A DNA stretch of 64,000 nt. Source: an uncultured bacterium (GTDB lineage Bacteria > Patescibacteriota > JACMRA01). Below the pieces are notes generated by a model. The model was not told the origin of the DNA. It did not search any database and worked only from the letters and a program-made list of their open reading frames with translations. Positions 41,208-51,635 of this stretch are shown piece after piece. The first letter of the stretch is position 1; each line of letters opens with the position of its first letter. The stretch is taken from positions 64,001-128,000 of the forward strand of contig CAWAQU010000003.1 of assembly GCA_963784355.1 (NCBI GenBank). Reading direction: 5' to 3'. A program made the translations under genes and the position numbers.

Positions 41208-41699
41208 CTAAACTACCTTTTTCACAAACTCAAACCCGGATTTTTGAAAACCAATATTTCCGTAAAACCTATTTGCAGCCAAATTTGGGCTTGCCATCTC
41301 CACTTGAATCATAGCGCATCTATTTTCTTTAAAATAGCTTTCTACATATTCAATCAACTTCCTACCTACCCCAAGATTTTGAAACTCCGTCTCCACAAAT
41401 ATCTCTAATATTTTTCCATATTTAGTAGAGTTTTTTACATTCTCACTTTGAGTGCTAAATTCTATTACACCCACAATCAAACCAACTTTTTGTCCACCAA
41501 CCTCAGCAAAAAATATTTTCCCCAACTTATTATTAAACTTATCCAATATTTTAGGAATGCTCAGTTTTTTTGAATTGTTTCCACGATATGAAAGTTTCCA
41601 TGGGTCTAGTAAGCCAGCATAATCTTCCAATTCTGCAATTGTTTCTACAAGCATCTTCTTATCCTCACTTTTATACTCTATAATTTTAATATCATTCAT
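41208..41699 (-). CDS. GNAT acetyltransferase
   Basis: FQNLGVGRKL and NRFYGNIGF motifs. Confidence 0.9.
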   Translation of the reverse strand: MNDIKIIEYKSEDKKMLVETIAELEDYAGLLDPWKLSYRGNNSKKLSIPKILDKFNNKLGKIFFAEVGGQKVGLIVGVIEFSTQSENVKNSTKYGKILEIFVETEFQNLGVGRKLIEYVESYFKENRCAMIQVEMASPNLAANRFYGNIGFQKSGFEFVKKVV

Positions 41700-41782
41700 A
41701 GACCAATTTTGAGCTTATTGTGTGATAACAAGTTAGAAGCAAATCTTATATTTTAGCAAGTTTTGTCAGACCCTCTTTAAAT

Positions 41783-43033
41783 TTAAACCAGCATTATTTT
41801 CTCAAAAGCCTTGGCATTTATGCTGTAAACTTCATGATAACAGCCTATAAACATGCCCATATTCCAAGTTTGTTTCTCAATACCCATCGGAGTACCATGC
41901 TGACCATGCAAAAACTCATTAAACTCCCAGTCATTTATGCCGTTTGCTTCCGCAAGCTTAAACATTTCCTCCTCAGTTTTAGGATGTTCAACCTGACTCA
42001 ATAGCGTCACCCAAAAGGCCCCAATATAAGGCCAAATTCCTCCATTATGGTACTGCCAAGGATAGTTTTGCCTATTTTTTGACATATACTCTTTCCAGTC
42101 TTGCTCTCCCGGATAAATTGGAGGATATAGAGCTTTTATAGGATACGGTAAATTTGCTCCTGAACGAAAAACATGGTCCACAATTTTATTAATTTTTTGC
42201 TCATCAGCTAGACCTACCAAACAAGCTAAAATATTTCCATAAGCTTCAAACCTCATTTCAAATGTTTTGTGACTCACATACCCCAAATAATACGGCAAAT
42301 AATTTGCTTTAGAATTTATATTTTCAAGGGTGCTTACCATTCCCAGATTTTTTTGCAAATATGATTTATCTTGGAGACAGTTCAAATTTCCGCTACTTTC
42401 TTTATGTACCCAAAAAACAGTATTAAAGGCCTCATAAGTTATTTCTTTTTGGCTCACTAGCTCCTCCCTCCCCTCTACTTCAATCCTAAGTTTAATCAAC
42501 CAGTACCATAAAGCATTAGTATAAAGTACAGCCCCTTGCCTCGGCATTTCGTCGGCCCAATCCGACGCTTCACCCTGCTCCAATAGCCCGTCATGATTTT
42601 GGTCTTGGTAGGTAATCCAGGTAAAAGCACGTTCTAGATTTACTTTATATTTTTCATAAAAGTCCGTATCTTTGGACGATTTATAATATTCCAGAAAAGC
42701 AATGCACCACCATAAAGTGCCGTCAATTGATCCCGGATTCCACCATTTTACCTTATTTGTCTCTGGCTGATAATAAAATGGGAATTGTCCTAGTTCAGAC
42801 TGAGCTTTAGTTAAAGTTTCCAACGATTTTTTAGCGGTTTCTATTAATTCTTGATTTTTAGATTTTAAAACCCCGATTGTTGTCACTCCAACATCTCTAC
42901 AAAAAAGAGCTGTATACACTTTTGCTTTACTCTCTTCCGAGCCCGGATTAGCTGCCAAATAACCATATTCAGTAGCATTATTTAGCAAATTCTCTACTGC
43001 TTTTTCGTAACAAGTTCTGATGAGATCTTTCAT
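41783..43033 (-). CDS. (alpha/alpha)6 glycoside hydrolase (GH100 invertase / debranching-like)
   Basis: LFCRD, SIDGTLWW, DWAD, YHNGGIWP, EFNE and QTW motifs. Confidence 0.85.
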   Translation of the reverse strand: MKDLIRTCYEKAVENLLNNATEYGYLAANPGSEESKAKVYTALFCRDVGVTTIGVLKSKNQELIETAKKSLETLTKAQSELGQFPFYYQPETNKVKWWNPGSIDGTLWWCIAFLEYYKSSKDTDFYEKYKVNLERAFTWITYQDQNHDGLLEQGEASDWADEMPRQGAVLYTNALWYWLIKLRIEVEGREELVSQKEITYEAFNTVFWVHKESSGNLNCLQDKSYLQKNLGMVSTLENINSKANYLPYYLGYVSHKTFEMRFEAYGNILACLVGLADEQKINKIVDHVFRSGANLPYPIKALYPPIYPGEQDWKEYMSKNRQNYPWQYHNGGIWPYIGAFWVTLLSQVEHPKTEEEMFKLAEANGINDWEFNEFLHGQHGTPMGIEKQTWNMGMFIGCYHEVYSINAKAFEKIMLV

Positions 43034-43101
43034 ATTGCATGAATTTAAGTCAACACCTTAATTAGAGCAAAATAATTTTTTTTGTAAATAGGGATTTAAT
43101 T

Positions 43102-43509
43102 TTATTTAACAATTACATCAGGTTTAGCCTCTTCCAGTAAATATCTATCTACAAGCTTACTTTTTTCATACATACTAACCTTTTTAGCTTTGCCTTGGCT
43201 AATTAATTTTTTTAAAACCCCCAAAACCTCACGTTGACTTAAAAATTCAGCCCGTTTTACTACTCCTTTGTTATATTGCTTGATTATTTCATCATTACAT
43301 CGTCTCACTAATTCATTACATAATAAGGCTTCATCTGAATTTAATACCCCAAGCACTTTTGGTTCGCTTTTCTCAAATTGTTCTTCTGTTATTTCTCGAT
43401 TAAATGGATTATACATGTCAATTTTATAGCTATGACCCGGAGCCAAGTAATCACGACTATTCCTAGCCATTTCCATTTTTTTATTATGTTCCGAAAAATT
43501 TAAACCCAT
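43102..43509 (-). CDS. Hypothetical protein
   Basis: 135-aa ORF. Confidence 0.65.
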   Translation of the reverse strand: MGLNFSEHNKKMEMARNSRDYLAPGHSYKIDMYNPFNREITEEQFEKSEPKVLGVLNSDEALLCNELVRRCNDEIIKQYNKGVVKRAEFLSQREVLGVLKKLISQGKAKKVSMYEKSKLVDRYLLEEAKPDVIVK

Positions 43510-43648
43510 AAAATTGTATTAAAAATTTGTATTATATATAACATAGCACATTTTTTTAGCTTTTGCAATTATACAGCACCCTCGCACATCTTTATTTTAA
43601 AACACTTGCTAAATATCAATAATCATGCTTCTCTTAAGATTGATACAT

Positions 43649-44239
43649 ATGACTGCACAGTTAATAAAAACAAAATTTACAGAATACAATGCATTTATTT
43701 TTGTTGGTTTATTTGCCATTTTACAATTTAGCCTAGTTTTTTTAAGACCGGATTTGGGATTATCTAGAGATTTGATAAGTGATTATGGAGTAGGAAAACA
43801 TAGCTGGGTTTTTTCACTAAGTTTAATTTTTCTGACTCTTGCAAAAGTTTTTTTAATTTTTAAATTGGAAGTTAGAAATACAATTGCTAATAAAATCTCA
43901 AGGTTTGGTATTGCAGCGTCTGCTATCTCTGCCTTTCTTATAGCTTTTTTCCCGACCGATGTCACTGCAAACAAAACTGATATAGGGCTAATTCATAATT
44001 TTAGCGCCGTCACTACTTTCACTGCTACAGCGATATTCTTTATGGCTTTAGCTTACAATTTTAAGAGCTATGCTTTTTCTAAAATCAGATTTTTTGTTGC
44101 TATAGTAAATGCCACTATACTCATTGCCCTTGGCCTTGCACCAGTAGAAATTAAAGGTCTAATAGAAAGGCTTATGATGTGCTCAATAATTATAGGGCTT
44201 TCATATTATTCTCTATATCTGAAAAAATCCGGTAGATAA
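43649..44239 (+). CDS. DUF998-like membrane protein
   Basis: ISDYG, FFPTD, IH and GLIER motifs; multi-TM. Confidence 0.8.
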   Translation: MTAQLIKTKFTEYNAFIFVGLFAILQFSLVFLRPDLGLSRDLISDYGVGKHSWVFSLSLIFLTLAKVFLIFKLEVRNTIANKISRFGIAASAISAFLIAFFPTDVTANKTDIGLIHNFSAVTTFTATAIFFMALAYNFKSYAFSKIRFFVAIVNATILIALGLAPVEIKGLIERLMMCSIIIGLSYYSLYLKKSGR

Positions 44240-44252
44240 AAGAGTTTTTGTA

Positions 44253-45620
44253 TTAGTTGCTACTTTTTACTGTAGAGGATGAATTAGTTGTAGAGGTAGA
44301 AGAGCTAGAAGTGGTACCTGAGTTTGTTGCAGAGCTATTTGTAGAATTTGTAGGGATATTTTCACTTGTATCTATACTTGGAGTTGGAACAGTACCTTTA
44401 CTCGTAGCGTTTGTCGTACCGGCAGATGTACTTGTTGTAGTGTTTGTATCATTACATTTTGCTTCAACATATCCTTTTTCTATATCGGACACTGTTGCTC
44501 CGGTAGATTTTAGAGTAGAGATTGTAGGTTCAACCAACTTTCTTAAACTGATACTATTTGTAATTTGTTGCAGTCTATCTTTTTCAAATTTTGCAGATGA
44601 GTTTAAAATAGGATCTATACAATTTGAAATTTCACTCCCGTCTTTTGCGCTATTGTTATTACTATCTGATTTTACTGCATCAGTATAGTATACATACAAT
44701 TCATCTCCATCAGCGATACCATCTTTATCAGTATCATTTAATAAAGGATCAGTCTGGAAATTATACTCTTCAATATTGGTAATATTATCATTATCAGTAT
44801 CAGCTTGCTCTCCACAGGCTTTCTCATTTGTACAACTGCCTGTATTGTCTCTGACATCACTTCCGAATTTACTTAAAACCCAATCTTTAGGTAGAGTGCT
44901 CAAATTATATTTTCTGGATAGACTGGCAGGTGAGTTTGGACCACCGGTTAGAGAAGTATTAAAATTAGTTTTCTTTTCCGTAGATTTTGGACTTTCCTCT
45001 ACAACTTGAGTTGGAGCTGGTGTTTTATTATTCTGTGCTTCTTGGTAATTTCTATACATTAAAAACCCTAAGGCTCCTAGTAGTACCAAAATTATTAGGG
45101 TAGCTGTAACAAAGAAAAGACCCCTATTTCCTGCTTTTGGTTCTTTAAAGCTATTTTGGCTACCTGCCAGTTGACTTTGCTCATCAGGATATGCTCCATA
45201 GGGATTTTGAGGAATATTAGCACCATATGTAGCCGTAGGTGGTTGATTATACCCGGGCATTGGAGAAGATTGTTGTGGTTGTGTTGGAATCCCTATTGGT
45301 GAGGCGACAGGTTGCTGTATTCCTACTCCATAACCTTGCATTCCTTGATTATAGTTATTGTTATAGCCTACTTGATTTGGAAACCCACCCTGACCTACAT
45401 TGTTTGCCTGAGGGGGATATTGCTGTTGTGGATTCTGATTTCCGTAATCTTGGTTATAATATGCTGCATATGGATCCGGTGGGACGTTTTGATAAGCCTC
45501 ATTATTATTGTTACCATATACTGGTTGACCTTGCATAGGACCTTGAACAGGAGGGACATATGGAGGAATATATTGAGGGTTAGGGTTATATGATTGGTTT
45601 TGGTTGGGATCTTGCACCAT
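44253..45620 (-). CDS. Single-pass membrane protein: P/Q/N-rich N-terminus, DxDxD Ca-binding repeats, S/T-rich tail
   Basis: DTDNDNITNIEE, DTDKDGIADGDE and a central TM helix. Confidence 0.8.
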   Translation of the reverse strand: MVQDPNQNQSYNPNPQYIPPYVPPVQGPMQGQPVYGNNNNEAYQNVPPDPYAAYYNQDYGNQNPQQQYPPQANNVGQGGFPNQVGYNNNYNQGMQGYGVGIQQPVASPIGIPTQPQQSSPMPGYNQPPTATYGANIPQNPYGAYPDEQSQLAGSQNSFKEPKAGNRGLFFVTATLIILVLLGALGFLMYRNYQEAQNNKTPAPTQVVEESPKSTEKKTNFNTSLTGGPNSPASLSRKYNLSTLPKDWVLSKFGSDVRDNTGSCTNEKACGEQADTDNDNITNIEEYNFQTDPLLNDTDKDGIADGDELYVYYTDAVKSDSNNNSAKDGSEISNCIDPILNSSAKFEKDRLQQITNSISLRKLVEPTISTLKSTGATVSDIEKGYVEAKCNDTNTTTSTSAGTTNATSKGTVPTPSIDTSENIPTNSTNSSATNSGTTSSSSTSTTNSSSTVKSSN

Positions 45621-45697
45621 ATTTATGTCTTATGCAATAATTTTACACTAATTAAGTCAGCTTGTCAAAAGATAATTATTATTGTAAAATATTATAA

Positions 45698-46384
45698 ATG
45701 GCAGATAATAATTCCATAGATGCAAATGCAGCAAAAAGTAAAAGCTCTACTCTTGCTTTTGTAGAAATCAGCGAAATCAGAGATAGTGTGATTGTACTTC
45801 GGGAAAGTCAAATGAGGGCTATTCTTGCTGTTTCTTCTGCAAATTTTGCTTTAAAAAGTTCCCAGGAACAAGAAATTATTATCGGTACTTTTCAAGGTGT
45901 GCTAAACTCTCTTGAATTTCCTATCCAAATCTTAGTACAAAGTAGGAAATTGGATTTAAATCCTTACATTGCCAAATTAAAACAATTGGAAGACCAACAG
46001 ACCAACGATTTGCTGAGAGTTAAAATGCAGGAGTATATAGAATACATCAAAGAGATGCTTCATGAAGTCAATATCATGAATAAAGATTTTTTTGTGATTA
46101 TTGGATATGAACCTATAACTTTAAGTGAGGGGCTTTTCGGCAGATTCTTTAGAGCTCTAAACCCAACTAGAATTATCAAGCAGAAACAAGAAGATTTTGT
46201 GAGAAATAGACGTACTTTAATGGGTAAAGTGGACCAAATGGCTTCTAGGTTGAGCAATTTAGACTTAAAAGTAAATCTACTAAATACAGAGGAGTTAATT
46301 GCATTAATGTACAATTCCTACAATCCTGATACTTTAGAATCAATTAGATTAAGAGATGTCGGTAGTATTGATGTTTTATTGTAA
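45698..46384 (+). CDS. Protein resembling the N-terminal region of VirB4/TraC-type ATPases (CPR T4SS-like accessory)
   Basis: EISEIRD, SSANFALKSSQEQ, LNSLEFPIQI..QSR and YNSYNP motifs. Confidence 0.75.
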   Translation: MADNNSIDANAAKSKSSTLAFVEISEIRDSVIVLRESQMRAILAVSSANFALKSSQEQEIIIGTFQGVLNSLEFPIQILVQSRKLDLNPYIAKLKQLEDQQTNDLLRVKMQEYIEYIKEMLHEVNIMNKDFFVIIGYEPITLSEGLFGRFFRALNPTRIIKQKQEDFVRNRRTLMGKVDQMASRLSNLDLKVNLLNTEELIALMYNSYNPDTLESIRLRDVGSIDVLL

Positions 46385-46729
46385 GAGAAAAGAATTTTTA
46401 ATCATTTACTAAATAGCATTCACATTTACATCAAGCACATTTTTTTGTCGAATTTTACGATATCCCGCAATCATTTATAGGTAACTATTTTCACTACTTT
46501 GCCAGCTATGTCTGGATAAAGTTTACAGGAAATTTGAAAGTAAGATAAATAGTATTTACGGCGAGTTTATTGCCAATTATACAGTAAGAATGAACTAACT
46601 ATATATATAGAATTATAAAAATAATTCCTCTGAATTTATCAAGTCTTTTTGTTTTAAACTGTATACAACGTGAATACACAAAATAATATTTTAAGTATAC
46701 CACTCCAACTATTACAAAATATTTTAGGC

Positions 46730-46758
46730 AAAGAAAAATTGCCCCTTTCGGAGCAACT
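46730..46758 (-). terminator. Terminator after 5S rRNA
   Basis: UUGCUCC-GAAA-GGGGCAA followed by UUUUCUUU. Confidence 0.85.
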
Positions 46759-46765
46759 AATCAGA

Positions 46766-46882
46766 TATCGGCTTTGGCCTACTTTCCCCGGAATCTGCAT
46801 TCCAGTATCATCAGCGTAGCTGCGTTTCAAGACTCTGTTCGGAATGGGAAGAGTTGGTTCCACAGCACTTGGAAAACCGACA
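46766..46882 (-). rRNA. rrf: 5S rRNA, stand-alone
   Basis: Minus strand UGUCGGUUUU...CCCAUUCCGAAC...GCUGAUGAUACU...GGGAAAGUAGG...AAAGCCGAUA; terminal helix pairs; about 117 nt. Confidence 0.93.
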
Positions 46883-46918
46883 TTTATATATTAAACACAT
46901 GATTTAGATTTTGTCAAC

Positions 46919-48304
46919 CTATTTTTTATTTGATTTTGGTCTTCTTTTAGTTTTCTCTTCAACTATTGAACTTGCTATATCGCTTTGCTCTTCTTGAGGT
47001 AACTCTGTTTTAGTGGTAACCTCTTCTATTTTTTCTGCTTTTACTTCATTTATCAAAGTCTCTTTTGGTAAAGCTTTATCAGAACTCTTTTCAGCTGTTC
47101 TCTTTTTTGTTAGTAAAAGATAAGCTACAATTCCCAACAAAAGTAAAACTACAAATCCTAATGTATATGTAAGGAACTTTTCACTTTTGGAATCTGCAGG
47201 CTCAGTCTTAGCCTCGTGCTTTTCCTCTTTTGGTGTCTCTTCTTTAATAGTTTGAGTTTGTTTTGTACCCTTATTTTCAATTTTGGGTTGAGTTTTACCG
47301 GACTTATATTTCTCAAAATCCGATTTTATTTGATCCAAATTAGCTTGATTCATTTCAAATTCTGTTTCTACCATTTTTGTAGGACTGATTTCCTTGACTT
47401 CAGATTTATAACTTGAAACAACCAGTGGGTCATCAAATGTAAATCTAGCCTTGTACTTACCTACCTGCCACTTACTTCCGGGAATAGACAAATAGTCCAC
47501 TTTAACAAGAGAATCTGTATAACCATAGTCACGATTAAACTTGGTCTCAATAGTTTTTCCATCAGGGCCAGTCATTTCTACTTTACCTACCATTTTTGTA
47601 AACACGTTTCCGATATTCTTAAAATTCATGTTTAGGTAAACTTCTTCATTATTTAAATGTGCGTTATCTTTAATGAAATTACTATATAGCTCTTCGGATG
47701 TGTATTTTTTATCTGGAGTAATGAATTTAAAGTTTGTAAACTCAAATCCTTTTTTCAGATCACCTGGAATTGTAATATAAAATCTTACTCCTACTCTACT
47801 TACTACATTAAGACCTGAACCTTGAGGGCCTTTTGGTGCCTCTTTAACTGCAACTACACCTGCATATTCGCCTGATTTTACATCAGTTGGTACAGTTAGT
47901 TTAAAACCGACATTTACCATTTTTTTACCAGGCACAGTGACCTCATTACTGTCTAATTTAATCCAATTACCTACCCCACTAAGATCTTCTTGATCTGTAA
48001 AAGAAAAAGATCCGTTTGCAGAAGAGTAATCCTCTGGATCAACTAACAAGCGTTTCTCTTCAGGGTCAAAATTAGAAATGGAAATACTGCTCTGGAAACT
48101 GTCCCCAGGCTTTAAAACTTTTATAAAAGAGCTTTTAGTATAGATTTCTTTTGGATCATAATTTTCACTATTTGGTCCTACAGCAATACCGCTGTTGCCA
48201 GCTGCTTCCTGTGTATTTACAGCAGCAGTAAAAGTAAAGACTGGCATCAAAGCAAAAATTAGAGTTCCTGTAGCAATGTTTTGTAAGGTTTTTGATGAGA
48301 ACAT
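46919..48304 (-). CDS. DUF916/DUF3324-like (WxL-interacting) cell-surface protein with a C-terminal TM anchor
   Basis: Signal peptide; LKPGDS, NWIKLD, LTVP..VKSGEYAG, SRVGVRFYITIPG and KNIGNV motifs. Confidence 0.78.
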   Translation of the reverse strand: MFSSKTLQNIATGTLIFALMPVFTFTAAVNTQEAAGNSGIAVGPNSENYDPKEIYTKSSFIKVLKPGDSFQSSISISNFDPEEKRLLVDPEDYSSANGSFSFTDQEDLSGVGNWIKLDSNEVTVPGKKMVNVGFKLTVPTDVKSGEYAGVVAVKEAPKGPQGSGLNVVSRVGVRFYITIPGDLKKGFEFTNFKFITPDKKYTSEELYSNFIKDNAHLNNEEVYLNMNFKNIGNVFTKMVGKVEMTGPDGKTIETKFNRDYGYTDSLVKVDYLSIPGSKWQVGKYKARFTFDDPLVVSSYKSEVKEISPTKMVETEFEMNQANLDQIKSDFEKYKSGKTQPKIENKGTKQTQTIKEETPKEEKHEAKTEPADSKSEKFLTYTLGFVVLLLLGIVAYLLLTKKRTAEKSSDKALPKETLINEVKAEKIEEVTTKTELPQEEQSDIASSIVEEKTKRRPKSNKK

Positions 48305-48404
48305 AATTATTTGAGAGGTATGATTTAAGCAATTTACAGCTTTCTAACTATTTAAAAAGCTCTAAGCTGCCGACACATTTGTGTCAAGCTGGCTTTCATA
48401 TGAT

Positions 48405-49067
48405 TTATAGACCTGAAATGTCTACTGTAAGAGTACCACTATATGATTGAGCAGTAACAATTTCTTTAGTTGGAGCAGGATATTCTCCTTTAGCAGGAAT
48501 TGTAAGACTAGTTTCAATAGTACCTCCATAACTACCTCCACCTACGCTCTGATTTGAAGGGGCATCAAGTAAATTAAAATTATTACTATAGCCAACATTC
48601 GTTAAAGCTGAAAGAGAAGAGATTGTTTGAGAGGAGTTGTACGTTGTAAGGCTTGATACAAGATCAGGACCTCCTGTTACAGCTACATTTTTAACCTTAC
48701 CGGCTAAATATTTAGAAGCTGTTCCAAAATTAGCACTAACATCAGAAGCCAATAAAATTTTCTTACTGGCTAAGGTCTGTCCAGCCAAATTGGTATATTT
48801 GAACGTAGAAGTCCAACCACCTAAAGTACCACGATAATCACTAATTGTAAAAGGAATATCTGTTACACTGGTCTGGGCTGTATTGTTTAAAGTGATTCCA
48901 CTCAAAGTATAACTCGGATTTGGAATACTTATCTCAATCTGACCTGGAGCAACCGCTAAAGATACTTGAGTATTGTCTGTTGTAGCAGCTGAAACTGGGA
49001 GAGCGGTAGCAACACCTGCAGCTGCAAGTAGCATAAAACTTGCTTGTAATTGTTTTGACGTAATCAT
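48405..49067 (-). CDS. WxL-like secreted surface protein
   Basis: Signal peptide; ISDYRGTLGGWTS, LTIP and YSGTLT motifs. Confidence 0.72.
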   Translation of the reverse strand: MITSKQLQASFMLLAAAGVATALPVSAATTDNTQVSLAVAPGQIEISIPNPSYTLSGITLNNTAQTSVTDIPFTISDYRGTLGGWTSTFKYTNLAGQTLASKKILLASDVSANFGTASKYLAGKVKNVAVTGGPDLVSSLTTYNSSQTISSLSALTNVGYSNNFNLLDAPSNQSVGGGSYGGTIETSLTIPAKGEYPAPTKEIVTAQSYSGTLTVDISGL

Positions 49068-49170
49068 AGATATTTGTTTTTTGTGTTTGTTTTGTTTTTA
49101 CAAACTGATAAGTGGTACTTAAAAAGTTGCAACTTCTTTTGTGTACTTAACATCAATTATATACCTATTT

Positions 49171-50331
49171 TTAGACCTGGTCAAATTTTTGTAATTTAAG
49201 CACCAAATGCCCCACAAAAGAGTCTTTTCTGCTGTATGTTAAATACTTATCAGTATCAAAATTTATATAGTTATAGCTTGTATTTGCCACCAAATCATCT
49301 AAAAAGTTCGGTAAATGTGACTTGCCGTGTATTCGATAAAATGGTAAACAAAAAACAATTTCAGAAATATCAAGATTATCAGCATGTTTTATTAACTTCT
49401 GCCAAATTCCTTTTAAATTATCCCATTCTTGTTCAATCTGCTCTACTGTTGGAGTCCGCTTAAAGTTGAAACCCAAGTAACCTTCTGTCACAATAGCTAA
49501 TCCATTTATTTTCTCTTTACTTAAGTACTTAGTTGCCTGATCTAAATCACGAGCATCTAGTGTAAATATTGCAGCAAGCTTTTCCGAACCCAAGTCCACT
49601 TTTCTAAATCTACTCCAATAATTCAAAGCAAAGTCAAAATTATCCTTGATTTCTTGTTTTAGCACTTCCCCATCTAAATCCGAAGCATACTGCCGATTTT
49701 TTAGATCAATCCCAGCAACTAATAATCTCCCTGAACCACAGAAAGGGTCCCAAATGATTTGCTTTTTAGTATAATTCTGCAATGTTCTAGCCAATTTTAA
49801 ATTGATAAGCCCCCTACTCATATCTCCTGCTGGCAAGCCAGTGTCCAAGTTTTGCCAAAATTGCTGATCAAAAAAATTTCTTATTCTTCCTAAAATAATT
49901 TTATCTTCGTATATGAAAGTAATTAACCAATTTTTTGTTTGTTTCCAATGACCGTATGCCAAATTGTTAGTGTAATCTTGTATATTTATTTTTTTGGATC
50001 CCACTTCTTTAGAAACTATATAAGCTTTTTTGTGCAGCTCAACAGGCAAAACCAAGCCAAGTTTCTTTATTGGCTCGTCTTGACTCAATAGATAGTCTCT
50101 AAGTGTTTGTAAAATTTCAGACTCCAATTCACTAGTCTTACCTGTATTTTCCCAAGATTTTATAATTTCACCTTGATAAACTAAAGAACCTGTGGTGTTT
50201 ACGTCCAGAAATGTATTTCCTAGAAGGTATGCTTTGTCGGTAATAAAACCAGTTTCCTGAGTTAGTTTAGTAAATTCGGAGATTCCAAATTGAGGTTGAT
50301 GTCCTAATCTGTAAAAGTATTTAAAGTCCAT
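49171..50331 (-). CDS. TRM11-like SAM-dependent RNA methyltransferase
   Basis: GLINLKLAR, WDPFCGSG and IVTEGYLG motifs. Confidence 0.8.
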   Translation of the reverse strand: MDFKYFYRLGHQPQFGISEFTKLTQETGFITDKAYLLGNTFLDVNTTGSLVYQGEIIKSWENTGKTSELESEILQTLRDYLLSQDEPIKKLGLVLPVELHKKAYIVSKEVGSKKINIQDYTNNLAYGHWKQTKNWLITFIYEDKIILGRIRNFFDQQFWQNLDTGLPAGDMSRGLINLKLARTLQNYTKKQIIWDPFCGSGRLLVAGIDLKNRQYASDLDGEVLKQEIKDNFDFALNYWSRFRKVDLGSEKLAAIFTLDARDLDQATKYLSKEKINGLAIVTEGYLGFNFKRTPTVEQIEQEWDNLKGIWQKLIKHADNLDISEIVFCLPFYRIHGKSHLPNFLDDLVANTSYNYINFDTDKYLTYSRKDSFVGHLVLKLQKFDQV

Positions 50332-50333
50332 AA

Positions 50334-51632
50334 TTAATTGCCTGAAGAATCGATATTTTTTATTGTTGTTTTAGTTGAAACGAGTTTTCTAAATTCTAAT
50401 AACGCCGTATAGGTACTCAATACTATAAATTCACTTTTTGCCTCCATTATTTTATTCAAAAGTTGATCAAGGTTTTCAATATAATTTTCTGAATTCACAA
50501 CACTATTTGCATATTCAAATCTCAAAAGTATGTCCAGACCCCTAGTTCCACCGGTATAAATTTGATTTATAGGTTGAGTGGTTACAAAATCTTCCAAATC
50601 AATATCCCAAAGCCAAGAAACATCTTTGCCATCTGCTATTTTGTCATTGATCAGAACAGCTAAGTTAATTGCTTGTTTTTGGTTATTATCGGAAATATAG
50701 TTTAAAACTTGATTGAATCCGGCCGGATTTTTAACTAACATTAATTTAATCCTACTTTCCCCTACTTGAATTTCTTCACCCCTGCCAAAAACAGGTTCAA
50801 AGTTCATAATAGGATCTAGGGCTCTTGTACCAAACTCTTCATAAGCAGGTAAAAAAGCTGCCAGAGCATTATAAATATTATATGTCCCGGGTAATTTGAG
50901 GTTGATTTTGTGGATTTTGTTATCTCCCGTTGCTACTTGAAAATTATTTCCATGAATGTTGTAAGCAATAAATTTTTCGCTGAAATTAATTTCTATATCT
51001 TCCGTACTTTCGAATTGTGGTTTTTTAGCTAAAGGTAGATTTAAACCAAAGCCATAAATTTTACCTTTGAAGTCATTTACACACTTAAGCAGTTTTTTGT
51101 CATCAGAATTCAAGTACAGTTTAAAATCAGGTTTTTTGGAACTTAATTTGATTGATTCCTCAAAATAATGCAGAGTTTTATCAATTTCACCATAAGCATC
51201 CAATTGGTCTCTAAAAATATTAGTTAATATCAATTTATCCGGTAAAATATATTTGCACAGCTTTGGTAAAGAAGCTTCTTCAACTTCTAAAATGGCTATT
51301 TTATTGATGTTTCTGCCTTGACCATCCAAATTCAATAGTAAGCTGCTAGCCACTCCTCTTAAAATATTAGCACCACCCCTATTTGTACAAACTTGTACTC
51401 CGTTTTGTTCATAAATATCAACCAGGATTGCTCTAGTTGTAGTTTTACCGTTGGTTCCGCTAATGAAAATAATCTGCTCAAAATCTTTGCCTATATAACC
51501 TAAAATGTCTATGAAGTATTTCTCTATCACGAGCCCGGGCAAACTTGTACCACTACCTTTTTTTAAAGCTCTACTTAAATAAGCCAGGGTTTTAGCAAAA
51601 TATGAAAGTAGTATGGTTTTTAATCTCAGCAT
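50334..51632 (-). CDS. murT: MurT-type ligase (DUF1727)
   Basis: GTSLPG, SGTNGKTTT, NIFRDQLDAYGE, LVKNPAG and DGKDVSWLWD motifs. Confidence 0.9.
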   Translation of the reverse strand: MLRLKTILLSYFAKTLAYLSRALKKGSGTSLPGLVIEKYFIDILGYIGKDFEQIIFISGTNGKTTTRAILVDIYEQNGVQVCTNRGGANILRGVASSLLLNLDGQGRNINKIAILEVEEASLPKLCKYILPDKLILTNIFRDQLDAYGEIDKTLHYFEESIKLSSKKPDFKLYLNSDDKKLLKCVNDFKGKIYGFGLNLPLAKKPQFESTEDIEINFSEKFIAYNIHGNNFQVATGDNKIHKINLKLPGTYNIYNALAAFLPAYEEFGTRALDPIMNFEPVFGRGEEIQVGESRIKLMLVKNPAGFNQVLNYISDNNQKQAINLAVLINDKIADGKDVSWLWDIDLEDFVTTQPINQIYTGGTRGLDILLRFEYANSVVNSENYIENLDQLLNKIMEAKSEFIVLSTYTALLEFRKLVSTKTTIKNIDSSGN

Positions 51633-51635
51633 ATT

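Noticed and set aside
46385-46730. AT-rich intergenic stretch as a replication origin
   Set aside because: No cluster of convincing DnaA boxes and no dnaA/dnaN nearby.
46654-46863. 69-aa ORF
   Set aside because: Overlaps the 5S rRNA gene and its terminator; spurious.
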